Shown here in pieces: positions 55,726 through 64,000 of a stretch of DNA of 64,000 bases. Source of the DNA: Chrysomallon squamiferum (taxonomy: Eukaryota; Animalia; Mollusca); assembly GCA_012295275.1 (NCBI GenBank), contig CM022665.1:41106001-41170000 (forward strand). The letters are read 5' to 3'. A model generated the notes under the pieces. That model worked only from the letters and a program-made list of their open reading frames with translations, was not told the DNA's origin and did not search any database. The number at the start of each line of letters is the position of its first letter. Positions within the stretch are counted from its first letter, which is position 1. The position numbers and the translations under genes were made by a program.

Positions 55726-58700
55726 TCACCATTTCACTTGTAGTGTGTCATCATTCTCCATTGAATAAAAGTTTAGTTGTCTTTGATCATTCTCCAGCTC
55801 CACTTCAGGCCCTTTCATCTAATAAAAATAAAAGTAAATTAAAAAGTAAAAAGTAAAGTAAAGTAAAATAAAATAAAATAATAATGCAATAATAAATAAA
55901 ATAAAATAAAATAGAGTAATAATAAATACACAAATTAAAATAAAATAAAATAATAGTAATAATAAAATAAAATATAAAAAATAAAATAACCCCCAAAAAC
56001 CTAACAAAAAACACCCAACAACAACAACAAAAAAACATTTGTTTATTATGTTGAGCATTGGTCCCCAAACTAAACTATTTCAATTTCTAAGGGAGCTGTA
56101 AAGATAATTAATTTGCAGATGATCCCATCTTTCATTGCATTTGTAAATAAAATGTTATGAAATGGATGGAAAGGAATAGGATCACTGGAAATGAAGATGA
56201 ATCAAGAAGGTGATAACCTCTGAAATGTTTGGGAAACATGATCTACATCAAACACCATTTGTTTATGGACTCAGTAATGTTTGTTAACATAAAAAAATAT
56301 TTTTATTAGTGAAAAAAACAAAAAAAAACAACAAAACAAATTAACATTGATTACTAATGGCTAATAATCTGAACTAACAATCTAACGGAGAAAAATAACC
56401 CACGCAAAAGACACAATATATATGCATAATAGCTTTTTTTTTATTAATAAAAATACTTGTCTATTTAAAGAGTAGGCCAAATATTAATAATTTTTTAAAA
56501 CTGTCTCACAAAACAATATATGATGTCTAATAACAATAAACATGATTGTCTCTTTCCTGGTATTTTTAGTGACTAAAACGGAGTTCTAACAATCTGTGAT
56601 GTATCATATGTTTTCATCAATCCTATTTTCATCTTCTATGTTTCCCATCATTAAAAGTTTTAGTGCCTTAATAGTGAATCAGTTAAAATAAGAAGAAAAC
56701 AGTGATTCATTGTACAGAAACTTACCCTGTGACTAACATAAGACAAAATAACATCTTCTGACGTAATTCTGAATAATCTTTTAACAAGAGCCTTCACTTT
56801 CTGAACTGTCATGGTTTCTGAAAAAGATAAAATACATAAACAAGCTGAATGAACACCTGATGAAAACAAAGAGTTTGATTCCCCTTGATACCCCCTATCA
56901 AAAAAAAAAGAACAGAAAGAAAGAAAGAAAATAATTTTTTTTATAAATAATTAAAAGTATTTGAATTTTTAATTAAAATTCGTCATGGAATTCTTTTGCA
57001 TTTTTGTACACATACCTGCATATCTTCTCTTTCAGTGTAATATAAATTATAAATAAAAATTCAATTCCAAGCCAAATCCTCACTATTATTGTCAACATCT
57101 AACAACAAATTCTAGAGGCATAAATTCAGTATGCAGCATTTAATTAAAACCAAACCCTGTCCCCCAAAAAACAACAAAGGCATATCTATACTCACGTGGA
57201 AGTTTCTTCTCAACAACTCCCTTTTCTGGATGTTCTGGACATGTAATTTTAATATCTATTTACTGTTAAGGATTTATTACAGTAATGTTCATAAAATCAT
57301 TATCATTATTTTTGTTAAATGTTCATTTAATAGAATCTCTTACAAAACTATATTAAATGGATAAATCAAAAATTAAATATGTTCTTCTTGTGTTCTGTAA
57401 TCTGCAACAAATATGTGGAAGTACTTATTCAAACTGACAAAGGAAACGTAAAAGATTATCTTTGAGTTTTCTTGATTCCTCCTTCATCTCTGATTCTTCA
57501 GCTGCACCATATTCTGAAGCAAAAAAATGAACAAAGTATAAACAGATCAGAGTTTGAGAAACAAAGAGGTGCATCATTAATATTCTTCTTTGTTGAATAC
57601 TCGGACAGAAACTGGGTGATTGCATAGTTCAAAATATAAACTAAGTTTCATTCTGCAGAAACAAATCTTAGAAATGCATTAATCTTGATAACAGTCTGTG
57701 ATATAAATTAAAATAAAAGACTATTCAATTATAGATTACTAGAAATTAGACATGTTCTTTGAAAAATAATAATAATAAAATAATAATAAAAAAAAAAAAA
57801 ATGGAGATATTAAAGATGAAATAAATAATTGGTTAATTTTCCAGTTTCATGTTTTTATGTTATTTCAAACTACATGTAAAGGAATAATTTTCTTTTATGC
57901 ATAAAAATATATTGTATTTCTTGTCAATAGAATGTACCCAATGCATAAAACACAACATACTTTTGACCAGCTCTAGGTATCTTGGATGTTGTTCTTTGAA
58001 TTCAGGACTGAGCTTATTTTTTTCAGCATCTTCACTTCCCCCTGCCTTTATCCAATCAGGACCAAATCGTTTGAGATAATCTATCTCTGCACCCCGTCTC
58101 TCTTTTGCTGTTACCTGTAACAAAATAAATATTCAAATTAATTTAAGAATATTTAAGACCAAAACAGAAGCCAGTGTGAAATACATTCAAACTCTTGGTA
58201 CAGTGTTATCATATTAATGTATTACAAGAAGAAGAAGAAATGGCTTTTCAAAAGAAGCAAACTGTAGAGTAAATCATTTTGAATTTCTCCAGGTTTTGGA
58301 ATAACAGTATTAATAATTTCTTAAATTGTTCCATATTCTATACTTACTTCAGTTCTTTGGCAGACTTGCAATCCGCCTAGTTTAGCAATCAGAAGCTGTC
58401 GAATGGTTTCATCTTTTTCAGTGTTCATCAGTGGGTTGTCCCTTAGTTGCACTTCGATCAAACTGGGTAACTTATTTAATTCATTTATACTGGACCACTG
58501 TAAGAAACAATCTTATTTTTATGCATAGCAGAGATAATATTGACAAATTGTAATTTGATGCTTAAATGAAAAATCATTTTTTCCATTTGGGAAAAACAAC
58601 ACCAAAGCAACATTTTTAAATTATTTTTTTTTAAATTATTTGATATCTTTATACTGTTTCATTTCTGAGTTTATTTTAAAACATGTTTAATTTGTCAGTT

Positions 58701-61700
58701 AAATTAAATAGTCTTTTGCTTTAATTTTATAACATCAAAAATAAATATAATCTTTTTAACCTAAACTTGCTAAAGATTCAGTTTATTTTCAATAACAGAA
58801 TTAAAATAAAAGATTATTTAATTCAGCTAACAAGTTTGTATAACTTGAATTACTATTAATCAAAAGGGGTTTTGCAAGAATTGACTTCCACATAATTTAT
58901 TTTCATTGTTGGTATAATATTGTTTGTTATTAAATGACTAGATGTGGGAACCTAGTAAATTTTAATAACCAAAGGATGATGATGATGATGACTATAAATC
59001 TCATCTGGTGAATGAAGTTTGCACGCATTTTACTTACCTCACTAATTCCATTCTGGTTCAATGACAGATACTTAAGATTCTTAAACAGATGTGTTGTCCC
59101 ATCCTTGTTGTTAGTTGGAAAATAAATCTTTTCTAATTTATTCTCACTGAGAATTAGTGTCTCAAGACTGAAAATACAGAACAATTTAAAGAAAATAATT
59201 GAAAATATCAGTGTCATCAATTAATATTAAGAGAAAATAATTAAAAACATCTGTATAAATAACTGAAAAATAAAAGAAATATATACATCCATGAAATTAA
59301 TTTAAAGAAATTAACTGAAAATGTGAGTAAACAATTTAAAGAAATTAACTGAAAATGTGAGTAAACAATTTAAAGAAAATAACAGTCATATAAATGTAAT
59401 CTTAAAAAAAAAAAATCTGAAAATATGTGAGTCAGTTTATTTACAACAACTAAAAATGTATGTAAACAATTTATAACAAAAAAAAAAAAAAATTTGGATA
59501 AACAAATTAAAGGAAATAACTGAAGGTATGTGTGTAGTAAAAATATAAAAAATTAACTGAGTAAACAGTTTACAGAAAATAACTACAAATATCTGTGTAA
59601 ACAATTCAAAGAAAATAACTGACACAGGTAGGTCACCCAGCTTCAGTACATATGCCCACTGAGATATTTCATTACACTGGAGATTGAGTAACTTCAGTTT
59701 CTGTAGCAAACCACCTGGATTAGACAGTGTCTGGAGATTGTTGAAAAACAGGTGGAGCTGTTTCAATGATGGAAACATTGAGCAGCATCGTAATATCTGA
59801 AATGAAAAATGATTAAAAAAAAAGAATTAAAAAATAAAAAGAATTTCCAAACTCAACTTATTATAAAATAAGTGTGAAAGAGGAAGAAATACGTTTTGAT
59901 AATATTGCTGTTACTGCTGCTACAGTGAAATCCTTTTTAATGAATTCATATTTCATAAATGAACTGGTTTGTTAGTAACAGTGTCATATTGATAAAGGTA
60001 ATTACAAAATAAAATTCTTTAAACCTGTTGCTTGTATATTCAGTAGAACATATACAGGCATGCACACAGAGAACCCTTTGAAAACACACAAACACAATAC
60101 ATTTTAGTGATTCACTAAAGTTTTGTTTTAGACTTCAGAAACTACACTGAAAAAAAACATTTGTAGTTGCTTACCTCTTCCCATGTGTAATTCATTTTGT
60201 TCAAAAACAGAACTTTTACTTTTGTGAAAGCATTCAGTAACTCATGTGGATTTTCTGGAATTTGTAAACAATTTTCACTGAAAACAAAAACAATAAATAT
60301 TAATAATAACAATTTAAAAAAAAAAAAAATGCTATTATATCATGAATCAATAAATTCAAAACATTATTTCAAGTTTGCTATATATTAAAAAAAAAAAATT
60401 AAATTAAATTTAAACCTACATCAACACAAGCTATCACGGGGGGAAAAACTTTCAGATTTAAAATAAAATATAAATAAATTTTGAGAAAGTTAAAAGGTGC
60501 ACCAACCTTAAATTTAGATATTTAAGATCATCTAACTGGCTGGTTATTTTTGCTACTTCTTGCCAAGAAATGATCAAATTTGTAGAAATGTCCAAATCTC
60601 TGATGTTTGGTGTATTTCTCTCAACCTCATTAGCAGGTCCAGCACCATACACAGCCATATCACTTACCACAACCTCAATCAGATTATCTAACTGACTGCA
60701 ATAATTAATAAATAAATAAATAAATAAATAATGATAAAATATTTTTGATAATGACAAAAAATAAAAAAGTAAAAATATAATAATACTTATAATGATAATT
60801 TAAACTAGAATGAATAATTATAATAACTGTTGTGGTAAAACAAATTATGATAATAACTATCAGCAATATTAATTTATCTGTAATTAATGAATATAACTTT
60901 CATCACAAATTTGTCACAATAAAATGTTCATTTATGCAGACAATAAAATTTTCATTTATGCAATATTTAATTAATATAACTTTCATCACAAATTTCTCAC
61001 AATAAAATGTTCATTTATATGATATAGATTTCATCAAATTTAAAATAATGAAAAAACATTTATTTTTTTATTTTGTATTTGTGATGGAAAACAAAAATGC
61101 TAGTCACTAAAGAAAGAAGATGAATTTTGTTTAAATCTTTAAACATCACAGAAACATTTTTCTCAAATAATACAAATAATAAAGAAAAATGACACTTCAC
61201 AGAGATCTACTGTACTGCAACATATCAGGTATATAATTATATATAATGATATTTAAACACACATAACACACATAAATATATTTCTTCTTTTTATTTTTTT
61301 TTTTTTCAGTTTGTCCTTGTGGTATTATTACCTTTGTTTAAGGTTGAGCTTTTCAGCCCCAACCATTTCTACAATAGTGATTTGGTTGTTTGCACCAGTC
61401 ACATAAAGATCTTCCACATCAACACCTGCATTCTTGTCATCTACCCTCCCATATCTATTTTTCACTGCAGTTAAAAATGGTACACCCAGTTCCACCTTTT
61501 TTGGACGAACAAAAGATCCAGATGTGGCATGCCTGCAGGACACAATATATTTAAATATTTTAAAATATGTTTGCTAATTATGAACTATTTAAATTACTTT
61601 CTTAATATTTATTATTTGTTTAAAGATGCCATTTTAGACTACACATGGTTTGTACATAATTTGAAAGAAGCTTTTGAGATCTGGAGGCATTTGCAGTTTT

Positions 61701-63148
61701 AAAAAAAAATATAACAAATAAAAAATAAAAAATAAAATGCATTCTTCTATTTTATGTTACTAAAGAAAACTGACAGAAAATGTTTGTAATTTGTTTTTTC
61801 TCAATTTATTATCATTAATTTTTTTTTTAAATCTTTTTAAAAATTTGTCTTACTTTGTTGTGAAATACTGCTTTCCATTATGAATGCCATTGTGTTTTCC
61901 TCGTTTTGGATCATCCCATTCAACACCCAACCAAATTCCTGAAATCATTAAAATATTTTATATTTCATAACCTTAAAGAAAATCCACAAATAATTAATTC
62001 TAACAGTGTGTTCAGATACAAATTACAATAAGTAATTTTTTTTCAGTTTATATTTTATTGTGATTAACATTTTGTTTTTTACAAAATTAAAAACAGAAAA
62101 AATAGACAAAATGAAATCTTTAAGAATTAACAAAAAGAAAAATGTATTAATAATTAGTCTACATAAGAAAATTCTGTAAATACCAGTGTAATAGATGTTT
62201 AATTTATTATTATTATTATTATTTTTTTTTTTTTAAAGAAGAAAATAATCTGAAAATAGAAAAAAATGATAATGTGATACCTTCAGTTGATGCAACTTCA
62301 CCAATAAATCTAACAGTTGCAAAGTATCTGTCACTTTTAATACGATCATTTATTTTAAGTTTGGTCCCATCTTCTCTAGTAAGTCCTGCAGATAAAATAA
62401 ACAAAAATTAATAATATACATCTATAAACAAAGAAACTTAATAATTAAATACTAATTATAACTCATGTTTACTCCTTTGAATATTAATGTTTGTGCTAAA
62501 GATCAGTTCTGTTGGGTTTTTCATTTTAATACTATAGGAAAGTGTTGTCAGTGCCTATTTGGTCAAGAGTAGCCAGTAATGTGGCAACAAGGCTTATTGA
62601 ATAATTATTTTATAACATAAAAATATGTGTTGTCATTAAGCAGATGCATATTCATTTTTAAAGATACTATCTTCATATGTGGTTTTGTTAGAGTTCGTTA
62701 TGTTTATGCTGCCGAACACGAAATTCGATAAAAATACAGAAATTAGCAAACATTTCAATTAATTTGACATTAGGCGTAATTTAGTTTTCTAAACCAGTTT
62801 AATAATGAAAAAACAGTTACATTACCAATGTAACTTTTCATATTCAGTGTTTGAAAGAAATCAGAGGGAGGTTTTTTTTTTGAGATTGTATGAAGCTGTA
62901 AATACTGATTTCTATTATTAATTATTTAAAAAAATTATAATAATATAAAGAAGTAAAATAAAAATAAAAATAAAAAATAAAAATAAATATAGATTCTCTC
63001 ATTCAGCCAGTATGATTTATAATATATTAATATATAAAAATATGTCAGTGTGTTATTCTAACTCTGAAAATATGCAAAAATTAATATTTATTAACCCTTA
63101 ATAGTTAAACAAATAATAGTATTGAAAATCCTAACCAGCGTCTTCCAT
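55726..63148 (-). CDS. TBCE: Tubulin-specific chaperone E (CAP-Gly, LRR, ubiquitin-like domains)
   Basis: Exons 63148-63136, 62385-62281, 61938-61854, 61532-61332, 60695-60507, 60276-60175, 59796-59624, 59167-59038, 58497-58348, 58114-57961, 57513-57448, 57255-57196, 56817-56726, 55817-55726. Motifs [33 protein letters not shown], LRRs, [49 protein letters not shown]. Confidence 0.96.
57256..57447 (-). other. Probable U12-type (minor spliceosome) GT-AG intron of TBCE
   Basis: 5' end GTTTCCTTTG; branch site TCCTTAAC (57272-57265) about 10 nt before the AG; no polypyrimidine tract. Splicing gives LKDNLL-H-IKITCP. Confidence 0.8.
59168..59623. repeat. Degenerate ~34-bp minisatellite filling a TBCE intron
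   Basis: Unit AACAATTTAAAGAAATTAACTGAAAATGTGAGTA; exact period 34 at 59321/59355, with diverged copies throughout the intron. Confidence 0.85.
60890..61020. repeat. Short tandem duplication (~45-bp block, period 83)
   Basis: AATATAACTTTCATCACAAATTT.TCACAATAAAATGTTCATTTAT at 60890 and 60973. Confidence 0.85.
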
Positions 63149-63732
63149 GTTGCTTTGGTAATATATCAAATTGTAAACCAAAAGATATTTCGAAACGAAA
63201 TATTTTTAGTTTATTAATAAGTAGTAATTTCTTTCAATTAGAATATTTTGTTTTATATCATTTTATTTACTGACTTTGATCGTCTTTTTTTTTGGTTTGG
63301 TTTTCTGAGTGTGTATTATCTTATTATGTTATATTACAGTAATGTCATTTAAGAATTCCAAAATAATATAATTTTGTACATCAAATTGCGAAGGCAAAAC
63401 GTTAGCAATAAATACTGTTTATCGATTGGTTTACAAGGTAGAAGAATCTAGCCGGTTTGAATTAAAAATCACAAAATACTTCAGTAGCTAAAGATTAAGC
63501 TTGGTAATGTATTCAGTTAAAATACAAAATACATTATTTAGAAGAATAGCTACTAGCTATTTTATATCAATCATAAAATTATTATAGAAAGGATCCAGCA
63601 ATCGATAATAAAATACAGACGAAAGTGAAATTGCTTTGACAGTAGCATCCGCTTCCGTCTGTCTATGTTTACTAACAACTTTGCACTTGTGGAAGTTAAC
63701 TTGTAGTGTTTTATGATGACCACTTCGTCAGA

Positions 63733-63916
63733 ATGGCGGTTCATATTTGGTTTATTTTGTCTCTGATGATTTGCTATTTAATCTGTCTCCAGTATGTGTT
63801 TTATCTTCGTTTCACTTACACGAATCACAGAACTAAGTGTATTCAGGAGTTGGAGACTTGGTTGACTGAAAGTAATTTGAAGACGATTTTGCCATTAAAA
63901 TTCCTTAATAATGAAG
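63733..63916 (+). CDS. Probable first coding exon of an unidentified membrane-anchored protein, divergent from TBCE
   Basis: ATGGCG start downstream of a CTTCCG (ETS-like), CpG-richer patch. Encodes MAVHIWFILSLMICYLICLQYVFYLRF (hydrophobic) then ELETWLTESNLKTILPLKFLNNE; donor AG|GTATAT at 63917. Confidence 0.5.
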
Positions 63917-64000
63917 GTATATTACGCTTAGATACACAAATATGAAAGTATACAATACTGACACCTTCAAACAGCTATATACAGTATTATTTGGCTAATA

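Noticed and set aside
55805-56068. Hydrophobic F/Y/I/L-rich ORFs (also 41099-41305, 31736-31945 and similar)
   Set aside because: Low-complexity AT repeats in introns or intergenic DNA.
63713-63766. C/D box snoRNA-like ATGATGA...CTGA
   Set aside because: Only 54 nt, no terminal stem, and it overlaps a plausible coding first exon.

Overview
Very AT-rich, intron-dense eukaryotic DNA from an invertebrate animal. It is probably a lophotrochozoan or mollusc, an inference from MetaSINE-like remnants and gene structure. Spliced genes reconstructed by hand from GT-AG boundaries and reading phase, in order: the 3' part of a consortin-like gene (+, 1-2498); a 2OG-Fe(II) dioxygenase with a C-terminal TPR-like hairpin (-, 5160-7490); Claspin (-, 9199-27135, about 32 exons, E2F sites upstream); GCHFR (-, 28553-31440), head-to-head with an RMDN2/3-like gene (+, 32384-40057); an SLC46/PCFT-family transporter (-, 46032-53044); TBCE (-, 55726-63148); and a probable first exon of an unknown membrane protein (+, from 63733). 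Introns carry decayed MULE, Tigger/pogo, PHD-containing transposase, Ulp1-like and SINE remnants, plus micro- and minisatellites. Best leads: a candidate unannotated structured ~114-nt Pol III RNA (7942-8055, -) with TATA, octamer and T4 terminator; a U12-type intron with a variant 5' splice site in TBCE; the dioxygenase-TPR architecture; the GCHFR/RMDN divergent pair also seen in human; a spacerless 272-bp palindrome; and a duplicated cassette exon in RMDN. No database searches were run, so family calls come from motif recognition.
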